Shown in pieces: positions 45,650 through 54,632 of a stretch of 64,000 nt of DNA (position 1 is the first letter of the stretch; each line of letters begins with the position of its first letter). The stretch is from Candidatus Yanofskybacteria bacterium RIFCSPHIGHO2_01_FULL_41_26. GTDB lineage: Bacteria > Patescibacteriota > Minisyncoccia > 2-02-FULL-40-12 > GWA2-44-9. The notes beneath the pieces were generated by a model that saw only the letters and a list, made by a program, of their open reading frames with translations, did not search any database and was not told the origin of the DNA. A program made the translations under genes and the position numbers. The stretch spans positions 26,168 through 90,167 of the forward strand of contig MGJB01000006.1 of assembly GCA_001794055.1 (NCBI GenBank). The letters run 5' to 3'.

Positions 45650-46246
45650 TTATAAATCTCTTTCTATCTGATCGCACAATAAATGAATTATCGTCTGGTG
45701 GGCTTCTTGAATACGAGCAGTATCTGAATGAGGGACAATTACGGGTACATCGACAAGACGTAATAGATTTTTAGTTTTCTCGCTAAACAAACCGATGGTG
45801 ATAGCTCCTTGTTTACGAGCAAACAGAAAACCATTTTCTATGTTTTTAGAATGATCTTCGCTGACATCACTCGTAGTTAAACCAACAACCACATCTCCGG
45901 ACCGACATAATGCTTCAATTTGTCTTGAGAAAACAGAACTGAAACCGGAATCATTGCTTTGGGCAGTGATAATTGATGTATCTGTGGTCAATGCGATTGC
46001 GGCAATAGCTCGTCTTTTCTTCCTAAATTGACAAACTAATTCAGCTACGAAATGTTGGGCTTGAGCGGCAGAACCGCCATTGCCGAATATCAGTATTTTG
46101 CTCCCTTTTCTCGCTGTCAACGACAAAATTTCAGCCGCCTCCAAAATTGAAGAATGGAGTATCTGATCGGCCTGCAGGCTTTGAACTAGAAGAACTGACT
46201 CGTCGAACCACCTCACTATCTCCGATAGATTATCTTGTCGGGTCAT
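45650..46246 (-). CDS. gmhA: Sedoheptulose-7-phosphate isomerase (GmhA; SIS-domain phosphoheptose isomerase).
   Basis: ILIFGNGGSAAQAQHFVAEL...DVVVGLTTS. 198 aa. SIS fold. Confidence 0.8.
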   Translation of the reverse strand: MTRQDNLSEIVRWFDESVLLVQSLQADQILHSSILEAAEILSLTARKGSKILIFGNGGSAAQAQHFVAELVCQFRKKRRAIAAIALTTDTSIITAQSNDSGFSSVFSRQIEALCRSGDVVVGLTTSDVSEDHSKNIENGFLFARKQGAITIGLFSEKTKNLLRLVDVPVIVPHSDTARIQEAHQTIIHLLCDQIERDL

Positions 46247-47220
46247 TAGAAATCCTTTATTCTTCGCAATTTTTTCATCGTTTCTTCTTCTGACGGATGC
46301 ACTTTTTTCAGGCCATTGCCCTGCACCACTTCCAGGCGACGTATCTCATCAACTAAATGCTTGAACTCAGCCGGCTCTAGGCTTGCCTTATGATCACTGC
46401 CCGGCATATTCCGATCAAGAGTAATATGTCTTTCAACCATACACGCTCCCTTAGCCACAGCGCAAAGAGACGGCAAGGTGTTGTTCTCGTGTCCACTGTA
46501 ACCAATAGGCACCCCAGGGAACATAATCTTAAGAGTTTTTATCATATTCAGATTAATTTCATCATCCTTGCAGGGATAATTGGCTACACAATGAAGAATA
46601 ACAAGATCCTCGCGACCCAAAATATCAACGGCTTTGGCGATCTGTTCCATGCTACTTCCGCCAGTGGAAAGTATGACCAGCTTGCCATTATATCTCACCC
46701 GCTTAAGAAGGTCACTGTGTGTTAAACACGCCGAAGCAATCTTGTGGCATGGCACGTTAAAACCATTAATGAAGTGGGCGCTCAAGCCGTCCCAGCTTGA
46801 AGCAAACCACATAATGCCCTTTTCCTGGCAGTATTGGTCTATGATGTCGTATTCTTTCATATTAAATTCAAGAGCATACTTAAGATCGCCATTAGTGGTG
46901 TTGGTTATATCCTCACGCAACCTTTGAACCGCGGAATCATCGGGGAAAACTTCCCACTCAACGCCCTCAATATTCATTCTTGCAAAAGCTTTATGAATAA
47001 TACTAGGGTCAACTTTTCGGAACTTGTTCAGCTCTTCCTTGGAATACACAACATTTACGGTTCTTTTTTGAAATTTTACGGCGTCACAGCCGGCCGCAAT
47101 AGCCGCATCAATCAACTTTTTAGTAATCTCCAAACTGCCATTATGGTTAATTCCGATTTCAGCAACCATAAAACATGGATAACCAGGACCAATTAATTTA
47201 TTTCCTATCCTGACAACCAT
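46246..47220 (-). CDS. Second NeuB-family synthase (nonulosonic/ulosonic acid synthase paralog) with SAF domain.
   Basis: FMVAEIGINHNGSLEITKKLIDAAIAAGCDAVKFQKRT. 324 aa. C-terminal SAF-like tail. Clearly paralogous to the gene at 12873-13919. Confidence 0.8.
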   Translation of the reverse strand: MVVRIGNKLIGPGYPCFMVAEIGINHNGSLEITKKLIDAAIAAGCDAVKFQKRTVNVVYSKEELNKFRKVDPSIIHKAFARMNIEGVEWEVFPDDSAVQRLREDITNTTNGDLKYALEFNMKEYDIIDQYCQEKGIMWFASSWDGLSAHFINGFNVPCHKIASACLTHSDLLKRVRYNGKLVILSTGGSSMEQIAKAVDILGREDLVILHCVANYPCKDDEINLNMIKTLKIMFPGVPIGYSGHENNTLPSLCAVAKGACMVERHITLDRNMPGSDHKASLEPAEFKHLVDEIRRLEVVQGNGLKKVHPSEEETMKKLRRIKDF

Positions 47221-47324
47221 TTAATCCTCGGATTTGATGTAAATGAACTTGACAAGAACAATAAGATAAAAAAGCCGGCCTATCAATATTGACTTAGTAA
47301 ATTAATATGGTATTAATTGAGACT

Positions 47325-48164
47325 CTATGTGACGGTCAATCCGCCGTCTATAATAATATTTTGACCGGTAATATAAGAGGATGAGTCTGACGCCAAAAAA
47401 ATAATTGCGCCAGTCAAGTCGGTTGGATGCCCCATTCTTTTAAGTAAGATCTTTTTATAAAGCCGTTCCAAAACTGGATTCTTGGAAGTAATAGAATTAT
47501 AAGTTTTTCCTTCTAAATTAGGAATGGCCCCCGGAGAAACGGCATTGACTCTTACTTCTGGGCTTAAAAAAGAAGCGGAATATTTTGTAAATTGTAACAA
47601 ACCAGCTTTAGCCATACTGTACCCCGGCGGATTAAATTTATCAGTCCCCTCATAAAGGTCTGGGCCTGGAACAACTACTCCGTACATTGAACAAACATTA
47701 ATTATGGAACCAGCACCCCTCTTTTTCATTGGATAGCCTAATATTTGAGTAGCATGAATCGCCCAATATATCCCCGATTCAAAAGATGCCTTAAGCTGAT
47801 CATGGGTCGCATTCTCAAGCTTGCCGCTTGGATCATTAAAACCAGTTTTCAAACTGAAGTCGAAAGCATTATTAATCAGAACATCAATTTTTTTGACTTT
47901 TTTTAATATTTTTTTATACGATGTTTCGGTATTTTTATGGTCATACAAGTCAACCTCGCACCAATCTAGTTTACTTTTTCCGTATTTTTTCCCTAATTCT
48001 TTTTTAAAATCTAAACCTGTGCCAGGCCTGTCTATAACTATTAATCTGTCGGCTCCTTGGTCTAATACTGCCTTAGAAAAATATTTGCCAAAAAAGCCGG
48101 CGCCGCCAGTTAATAAAACCGTTTTCCCTTTTAAGCTAAACGGGGCAAGTTTATTTTTTTTCAT
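47325..48164 (-). CDS. SDR family oxidoreductase.
   Basis: VLLTGGAGFFGKYFSKAVL. YSMAKAGL (YxxxK). Confidence 0.75.
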   Translation of the reverse strand: MKKNKLAPFSLKGKTVLLTGGAGFFGKYFSKAVLDQGADRLIVIDRPGTGLDFKKELGKKYGKSKLDWCEVDLYDHKNTETSYKKILKKVKKIDVLINNAFDFSLKTGFNDPSGKLENATHDQLKASFESGIYWAIHATQILGYPMKKRGAGSIINVCSMYGVVVPGPDLYEGTDKFNPPGYSMAKAGLLQFTKYSASFLSPEVRVNAVSPGAIPNLEGKTYNSITSKNPVLERLYKKILLKRMGHPTDLTGAIIFLASDSSSYITGQNIIIDGGLTVT

Positions 48165-48738
48165 ATTTGTTATAAATATTTTCGTAATCCTCCCCTCTTG
48201 TTTTCATAATAACATCACACACTTCTCTTACCGCATGATCTCCACCCCTCTTTGTCGTTACATAATCAGCAATTTTTTTGCATTGTTCTGCGCCATCAGC
48301 AACGGTAAGAGCCAAGCCGGCATCTTCTAAACAGTCAAGATCGTTCAGGTCATCTCCCATAAAAGCAGCCTCGCTGGCTTTAAGTTTTTCGCGCTTAATC
48401 AAATTCCTAAATATTGGTAGTTTTTCATTACCGACCAAACACTCAATTTTTAGCTTCTCGCAGCGTTTCATTACAATAGGATTAGGCTCCATAGAGATCA
48501 CTGCTAGCTTGATACCAATCCTTTTTAATTGATTAGTTCCCAAACTATCTCGCCGGCTGCAAATAATACTCTCTCGACCATCTTGGTCAATTATAACTTT
48601 CGCATCAGTAAAAATACCATCAAAATCGAAGGCCATAAGTTTTATATTTTTTATTTTTTTAGCAAGTTCGGCTGAAATTTTCACGTAATTAAAGTAGCAT
48701 AATAATCGGTTTCTGTCTACATAAAAAAGCGCCAACAA
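48151..48738 (-). CDS. HAD-IIIA phosphatase, KdsC-like (3-deoxy-ulosonate-phosphate phosphatase family), copy 1.
   Basis: LMAFDFDGIFTDAKV (DxDGxxTDG motif of the KdsC/YrbI family). GDDLNDLDCLEDAG motif. Confidence 0.7.
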   Translation of the reverse strand: MLALFYVDRNRLLCYFNYVKISAELAKKIKNIKLMAFDFDGIFTDAKVIIDQDGRESIICSRRDSLGTNQLKRIGIKLAVISMEPNPIVMKRCEKLKIECLVGNEKLPIFRNLIKREKLKASEAAFMGDDLNDLDCLEDAGLALTVADGAEQCKKIADYVTTKRGGDHAVREVCDVIMKTRGEDYENIYNKYEKK

Positions 48739-48750
48739 ATTAAGCCGACG

Positions 48751-49362
48751 CTATATATTATCCCTATACTTAAAATAAAGAAATACTATCGAAACTAAAA
48801 TTAGGGTATTCATGGAGGAGATTATTTTAAGCGGCAAATTGCCAAAGGCAAAGTAAAAAGTCACCCAGAAAAATGCCCCCACTAGATAAGCCAGGAAAAG
48901 CTTGATATCCAGAACACTGACATTCTTCTCTTTGTATATCTCCAGCGGTTGCATTGCAAAAGGTATCATACGAAGAAAAGCCAGAGCCATAAAAAAACCC
49001 GTCTTGGCTGGAATTAACACCAGTACGGGCGTCATCAGAAAAAATATCGGAATTAACAATTTCTCAATCCTACTGAAACCCTTAAATTTATATAAGCCCA
49101 CAAGTATTGGCACATGCATTGCAGTCAACAAAACACTCGTAATTGGCATGATTATGCTTCCTATAAAATATCCGTAGACACCGTTTAATAAAAAGAATGC
49201 TGGTGTTGAAGAAAATTTTAGTATGGAAACAGATTGGCCAGATTTATTTGACCAGATCAGTTTATTTTGAGACCACAATCCGCATGCTTGCCACAAGGTA
49301 AAAATTAGGGTCGCTATAGAACTTAAGGTAAGAATATTCCAGCCTAAATTTTCCAGTTCCAT
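48751..49362 (-). CDS. Hypothetical integral membrane protein (about 6 TM).
   Basis: Multiple hydrophobic helices. No recognisable motif. Confidence 0.4.
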   Translation of the reverse strand: MELENLGWNILTLSSIATLIFTLWQACGLWSQNKLIWSNKSGQSVSILKFSSTPAFFLLNGVYGYFIGSIIMPITSVLLTAMHVPILVGLYKFKGFSRIEKLLIPIFFLMTPVLVLIPAKTGFFMALAFLRMIPFAMQPLEIYKEKNVSVLDIKLFLAYLVGAFFWVTFYFAFGNLPLKIISSMNTLILVSIVFLYFKYRDNI

Positions 49363-49364
49363 TT

Positions 49365-50114
49365 CTATAGTTTCCTCGCCTGCTCTAGGATCTTGACTGA
49401 TTCGATCTTGCGCTTTTCAGTTTCTCCCTCACTAAGCATGTTTCCGTCCAAGAACGAGAGTACCTCGGTCCGTTGTCGCGCTAATCCAACTGGCGACTCG
49501 TCAGAAGTATTAAGATATAGAGGGACATATCCAATTGGCGGAACCTCGATCTGCCTAGCTCCGCGTAAATAACCTTCGAAGTCAAAAACGCTGGCATTGG
49601 TAATATTTCCCACTGTTTCTATCTCTCTAAGACGATAATTAATTCTTCGCCTAACGGTTTCTAGGTCACAATAGAAATAAATGCATCGAAAATCTACTTC
49701 TACCGATAGTTCGGGCATCGACCAGCCGGCCTGTTCTGCTTCTTCTTTTTCAATAGATTGTAAATAAAAACTCGCGCTTTTGATCATTTCCACGAAAGGC
49801 CTCTGGTGCGCTTCCCGAGTCAGCATTACCATCTCCGTGAAAATGGCGAACGGTCTTTCAACAATCAATTTGGACTTTATTTCAAATCTAGTTGCCTCAT
49901 TCTTGAAAACATGACTGCTTTTTGTTATTTCAGTATCGCTCTTATCGCCCCATAGACGCTTGCGAATATCATCCATGGCTACCATTGAAGCTTCTTTATA
50001 CTCCGGTAAGCCCATTACCCAATTCCTGAAAAATGATTTTCCGCTGAAAACCAAGCCCGAGAAAACGGCAACAAGGATTCGACGCTGGTGGCTAACGACC
50101 ACTTGATCCTCCAT
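49365..50114 (-). CDS. Hypothetical P-loop NTPase/kinase.
   Basis: Walker A-like GLVFSGKS near the N-terminus. Otherwise unassigned. Confidence 0.35.
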   Translation of the reverse strand: MEDQVVVSHQRRILVAVFSGLVFSGKSFFRNWVMGLPEYKEASMVAMDDIRKRLWGDKSDTEITKSSHVFKNEATRFEIKSKLIVERPFAIFTEMVMLTREAHQRPFVEMIKSASFYLQSIEKEEAEQAGWSMPELSVEVDFRCIYFYCDLETVRRRINYRLREIETVGNITNASVFDFEGYLRGARQIEVPPIGYVPLYLNTSDESPVGLARQRTEVLSFLDGNMLSEGETEKRKIESVKILEQARKL

Positions 50115-50215
50115 TTAAGATTTTCAAAGAATTATCATGGTTATAACAATAATTATTTCGCTTGTCAAATCATATTTCTTGTGTTATTTTTCTTGTGTTA
50201 ACTACTCCCCCAATT

Positions 50216-50737
50216 ATGAACTCGGCCAGCAAGAATCTGCTCAAAAAGTTAAAAAAACTTAAGCTCATAGCTTTTGATTTTGATGGTATCTTTACTGATG
50301 GCAAGGTTATTACTAACCAAGACGGAATTGAACGTATACTCTACAGTTCAAAAGATGACCAGGGTATTAAAAATCTAAAAAAACAAGGACTCAGATTGGT
50401 CGTAATTTCAAAAGAACCCAATTCAATAGTTGCCATAAAATGTAAAAAAACAGGCATTGAATATGCCCACAATATTTTGGATAAATTAAGTTTATTTAAA
50501 AAAATACTGCACAAGTATGGAATAAAACCCTCTGAAGCCGCTTTTATGGGAGATGACTTCAACGACTTAGAATGCATGAGATATGCTGGTGTTTCGTTTA
50601 CTGTTGTCGATGCTTATCCGGCTTGCCTTGACGTAGCTGACTATACGACCAAAAGCAGCGGTAACCATACTATAAGTGAAATAGTTGATCTGATTATTGG
50701 CGCCAAACAAAAAGCTCACAGTAAAGTGAGCTCATAA
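50216..50737 (+). CDS. HAD-IIIA phosphatase, KdsC-like, copy 2.
   Basis: LIAFDFDGIFTDGKV. GDDFNDLECMRYAG. The ORF track start at 50162 is a TTG. The ATG at 50216 is in frame and more plausible. Confidence 0.7.
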   Translation: MNSASKNLLKKLKKLKLIAFDFDGIFTDGKVITNQDGIERILYSSKDDQGIKNLKKQGLRLVVISKEPNSIVAIKCKKTGIEYAHNILDKLSLFKKILHKYGIKPSEAAFMGDDFNDLECMRYAGVSFTVVDAYPACLDVADYTTKSSGNHTISEIVDLIIGAKQKAHSKVSS

Positions 50738-50743
50738 TAGACC

Positions 50744-51307
50744 TTAGCGAAGGCTCTTGGCCTCAAGTATTAAGTCGCAGACCTCCCTAACGGCCCGATC
50801 ACCGCCATCTCGCTTTGTAATATGCAGAGAAACTAATTTTGCTTCTGGTAAGGCATCGGCAACCGTAGCAGGAAAGCCAACTGCCCTAAGAACAGGCAGA
50901 TCGCTTATATCATCTCCCATATAACAAACCTCATCGAGACTTATGTCCGGATGTTTTTCATTTAGCCAACTTTGCAGCCCTGCAAGTTTATCACTTACCT
51001 TTACACAGGGAATACCTAGTTTGAAACAACGGGCATCTACATATCCGCTGCGCTGTTTGGTAACAACAACGACATGAATGCCGGCTTCTTTCATTAAATC
51101 AATTCCCTGACCGTCCCGATGGTTAAATCTTGCAATCTCAATTACATGCTGAAACTTACGGTCATTATGCTTCATCGCATGTTCAAGATCCATAATTACT
51201 CCGGTGTCTAAATGAAGCGGGGCCATAATACCATCGCAATCAAGAGCAAGAACTTTTATGTTTCGGAGTTTATCGAGTAATTTTTTGTCCATGCATGACT
51301 CCTTCAA
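50744..51307 (-). CDS. HAD-IIIA phosphatase, KdsC-like, copy 3 (divergent).
   Basis: VLALDCDGIMAP...VVVVTKQRSG...GDDISDLPVLRAVG. Confidence 0.65.
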   Translation of the reverse strand: MKESCMDKKLLDKLRNIKVLALDCDGIMAPLHLDTGVIMDLEHAMKHNDRKFQHVIEIARFNHRDGQGIDLMKEAGIHVVVVTKQRSGYVDARCFKLGIPCVKVSDKLAGLQSWLNEKHPDISLDEVCYMGDDISDLPVLRAVGFPATVADALPEAKLVSLHITKRDGGDRAVREVCDLILEAKSLR

Positions 51308-51419
51308 TTAATTTGGTAAGGTTCAATTTATCCGCAAGATATATCACTAATATTGTGTTTAGTCAACTTTGTGATAGTATGTCCGTAAGCACATTTAAAA
51401 ATATGAGGGAGGACTAGTA

Positions 51420-53144
51420 GTGTCAAAAATAATAACCCTGACTAAGGCCGACAAAAACGGAGATCCGTGCAACACTGTCCACCCAGCCGACATTATCAAA
51501 GACATAAAACCTAAAGACATTGAAGGAGTAAATTTACTTTTTATCAACATGCCTCTTCGGGAAACGGCCGTTCCCAACACTACCCCTGAAGGACCACTAT
51601 TGATGGCGACTAACCTTAGAGACAATTACGGCGTCAACGCTACGATAGTAGACCTCAACGCTTACAGAATAAAAGATGAGACTGCAAACCAAAGAAACTT
51701 GCCCAACGGTAGGCACAAGACCCAGCAAGAGGCTTGTGACTTAATTGAAAAACACACCAAAATCCATGGGGAACCTGATGTTGTAGCTTTGTCGGGAATG
51801 ATCACAACTTTGAGCTGGCAAGAGACCATCTCTCAATTCATAAGACGGTCATTACCAAATTCTTTCCTTGTCTCCGGCGGCGGATTAGCAACTGATCTGA
51901 AAACGGGTCTTTTTAATTACATCCCTGAACTTGATGCCATAGCCCATTCGGAAGGTGACGATGTAATAGTAAAAATTTGCCACGACGCAAAGATTATAAG
52001 ACAAAATGGATTTAACAGCGCTTTAAATTCCAGAAAACTTGATCCGTATTATCTTGGACATATTAATAATCGACACCGTCTGATGTACGCCGGCTACAGA
52101 CCTCGCAGTCTAGATGCTATTCCCTTTGCAGATTTGGAATTCCTGCGGGAAGATGTTAATGGATTCAGAGTGCTTGATTATTATTTGGGCAACGCCGTTT
52201 GGGGCATGTCTGCCAATAACAGTTCGGCAGCGCCATTTACAATGACTATAAGCACGACATCGGTCTCCAGCCGAGGATGTCCGTTTGCCTGTAATTATTG
52301 CGACAGACAAGCTCAGGGCGAGAGAAATTGGGGTATTAGGTCAGCAGAACATATTTACGCAGAAATGATCCATCATTTTATGAAATACCATATTGATTTT
52401 AAAGGTTTTCCGGACGATAACTTCGCTGTCGCAATTCCCAGGATCGAAGAACTTGTACCACTACTCGGGCCTTTGGGGATATCATGGGGAACTCACACGA
52501 GAATGGATGAAGGGGCAGATCCTCGAAGAATCAAGCCCATGGCTCAAGCAGGATGTATTTATATTGGCTTTGGACCCGAGAGTGCAAACGCCAAAGACTT
52601 GGTAGCGATTAATAAGGGCGGTCACACACTTTCGAATGGATTCGAAGAGTGTAAAGTGTTTGGCAAAACATATAACTTTCCTAAATCCATGACGATTGCA
52701 ACAAGAAACTGCCTGGAATTTGGAATTCATGCAAACTGTACCTACATTATGGGAATTCCCGGACAAACATTAGAAAGTTTAAAAGATACGGTGGGTTTTA
52801 TGGCGTGGCAAGAAGAAGAGTATGCAAAATATGGGATCCCGGCTGAAGCAGTAAACAAGCGAATGTTTACCTTAACAGCTTATCCCACAGAACTGATGAA
52901 AGTACCTATAGTACAAGATAAATTACGCAAGGTTTTCGGAATCAATTTTGATCCTGAAACTCATATGCCAATTTGCGACGATAATTTTCATAAATACTGT
53001 CGAGAATTAGATGACGCAACAAAGATAATGCATGATCCGCTAACCGGTGAGCCGTTAAATTACAGTGATATTCCCATAGATCAATTTCTTCAGGCTAGGG
53101 AACATATCGACTCCGGCCAGACATTAAAGATATTGGATATGTAA
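51420..53144 (+). CDS. Cobalamin-binding (class B) radical SAM protein, copy 5.
   Basis: B12-binding-like N-terminal domain (LLFINMPL...VVALSGMITT...VSGGGLAT). Radical SAM motif GCPFACNYCDRQ. GTG start 6 nt after GAGGGAGG SD. Candidate promoter TTGTGT/TAGTAT upstream. Confidence 0.7.
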   Translation: MSKIITLTKADKNGDPCNTVHPADIIKDIKPKDIEGVNLLFINMPLRETAVPNTTPEGPLLMATNLRDNYGVNATIVDLNAYRIKDETANQRNLPNGRHKTQQEACDLIEKHTKIHGEPDVVALSGMITTLSWQETISQFIRRSLPNSFLVSGGGLATDLKTGLFNYIPELDAIAHSEGDDVIVKICHDAKIIRQNGFNSALNSRKLDPYYLGHINNRHRLMYAGYRPRSLDAIPFADLEFLREDVNGFRVLDYYLGNAVWGMSANNSSAAPFTMTISTTSVSSRGCPFACNYCDRQAQGERNWGIRSAEHIYAEMIHHFMKYHIDFKGFPDDNFAVAIPRIEELVPLLGPLGISWGTHTRMDEGADPRRIKPMAQAGCIYIGFGPESANAKDLVAINKGGHTLSNGFEECKVFGKTYNFPKSMTIATRNCLEFGIHANCTYIMGIPGQTLESLKDTVGFMAWQEEEYAKYGIPAEAVNKRMFTLTAYPTELMKVPIVQDKLRKVFGINFDPETHMPICDDNFHKYCRELDDATKIMHDPLTGEPLNYSDIPIDQFLQAREHIDSGQTLKILDM

Positions 53145-53170
53145 CCGATTCGAAAGAATCGGTTTTTTGT
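53143..53170 (+). terminator. Rho-independent terminator: aaccgattc-gaaa-gaatcggtt plus TTTTTTG.
   Basis: 9-bp stem overlapping the stop codon, followed by a T-tract. Confidence 0.55.
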
Positions 53171-53208
53171 GTATTGAAAAAAACGGGATTTACTGTATTA
53201 TTACAAGA

Positions 53209-53931
53209 ATGAAAATTATAGGCATAATCCCCGCCCGGGGAGGTTCAGAAAGAGTTCCTAATAAAAATTTAAAAAACTTCTGCGGAAAACCGCTAGTTGC
53301 CTGGACAATTTTAGGCGCCAAAAAATCCAAACATTTGGACAGGGTAATTGTTTCAACCGACAGTCCAGCAATCGCTAAAATAGCTAAAAAACATGGAGCC
53401 GAAGCGCCGTTTCTAAGGCCTGCAGAATTTGCCACATCAACTATTGGTGTTGAACCGACTCTCAAACATACCTATGAGTGGCTACTGAAAAACGAGGCCT
53501 ACAAAACTGATGCTTTAGTGCTTTTGATGCCTACCAGTCCCCTGCGCCAAACATTTCATATAGATGACGCAATTGAAATTTTCAAAAATAAAAAAGCTGA
53601 CTCGGTTGTTGGGGTTAACGAGACTCCGGCTAACCACACTCCTTACTGGACATTAATTAGATCGCGCAAAGGCAAGGTTGTTCTCTGGGGAGGAATACCG
53701 CTAAAAAATATAATCACCCGCCGGCAGGACTTCCCACAGAAATGTTACGCAAGAAACGACCTTGTTTATGTATTAAAACCTAAAAACCTTTTTGAAAAAA
53801 AGCCCAATCTTTACGGCAAAAAAGTTGAACTTTATATAACCGCTGATCCGGTACTTTATGAAGCTGACATAAACACGCCAGATGAGTGGGAAGACGCAGA
53901 AATAAAATTCAAAAGATTACAAAAAAAATAA
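53209..53931 (+). CDS. Second CMP-ulosonic acid synthetase (acylneuraminate cytidylyltransferase family).
   Basis: MKIIGIIPARGGSERVPNKNLKNFCGKPLVAWTI. The ORF track start is 53167. The ATG at 53209 fits the family N-terminus. Confidence 0.8.
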   Translation: MKIIGIIPARGGSERVPNKNLKNFCGKPLVAWTILGAKKSKHLDRVIVSTDSPAIAKIAKKHGAEAPFLRPAEFATSTIGVEPTLKHTYEWLLKNEAYKTDALVLLMPTSPLRQTFHIDDAIEIFKNKKADSVVGVNETPANHTPYWTLIRSRKGKVVLWGGIPLKNIITRRQDFPQKCYARNDLVYVLKPKNLFEKKPNLYGKKVELYITADPVLYEADINTPDEWEDAEIKFKRLQKK

Positions 53932-53941
53932 ATAAACAATC

Positions 53942-54631
53942 ATGAATCCAAATTTTTCTATTGTAATACCGGCCCATAACGAGGCGGAAAACCTGAAGAT
54001 ATTACTGCCAAACCTGATAAAATCCCTTGGCCCCTTGGGTCCCATGTGGGAAATTGTGATGATAGACAACGCCTCAACCGATGACACGATAAAAGTTATA
54101 ACCAGTTTTTCTGAATACGGCAGAGCCATAAAAATTGTTCAAGAACCGACTCTTGGTTATGGACGAGCCGTATTGAAAGGGCTCCAAGAATCATCGGGAA
54201 ACATAGTCGGAATAATAAGAGCCGACAATCAAGAAAAACCGGAAGATTTAGTCTCAATGTTCCGGTTATTTGTTCAAAATAAATGGGATTTCGGTAAAGC
54301 AATAAGAAAATCGAGAAAAGATGATGGATTAAAAAGAATGTTAATAAGCTTATTTTTTAATACCAGCTTCAGAATTCTTTTCGGCTTAAAAGTAAAAGAC
54401 ATAAATGCTACGCCGAAAATATTCACAAGAAAATTGATGAATGAGTTGAAACTAGAATCAAAGGACTGGTTTATTGACGCTGAAATCGTCATCAAAGCGG
54501 TACGAGCCGAAGCTAAAATAGGAGAGGTTGAAATTGAATACTTGCCCAGATTAAAGGGTAAGTCTTCGGTAAGATTCAGGCACATAATACAATTTATAAA
54601 AAATATGCTAATATGGCGTTTGTTGAAATAA
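53942..54631 (+). CDS. GT2 glycosyltransferase (polyprenol-phosphate sugar synthase-like).
   Basis: FSIVIPAHNEAENLKILLP...WEIVMIDNASTDDT. Confidence 0.75.
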   Translation: MNPNFSIVIPAHNEAENLKILLPNLIKSLGPLGPMWEIVMIDNASTDDTIKVITSFSEYGRAIKIVQEPTLGYGRAVLKGLQESSGNIVGIIRADNQEKPEDLVSMFRLFVQNKWDFGKAIRKSRKDDGLKRMLISLFFNTSFRILFGLKVKDINATPKIFTRKLMNELKLESKDWFIDAEIVIKAVRAEAKIGEVEIEYLPRLKGKSSVRFRHIIQFIKNMLIWRLLK

Positions 54632-54632
54632 C

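Noticed and set aside
48151-51307. Considered whether the three small HAD phosphatases are GmhB (heptose-1,7-bisphosphate phosphatase), to complete a GmhA/HddA/GmhB heptose pathway.
   Set aside because: Their motif I is FDFDG(I/V)xTDG, which is KdsC/YrbI-type, rather than the DRDGVIN of GmhB. So they are called KdsC-like. A heptose connection is kept only as an alternative hypothesis.
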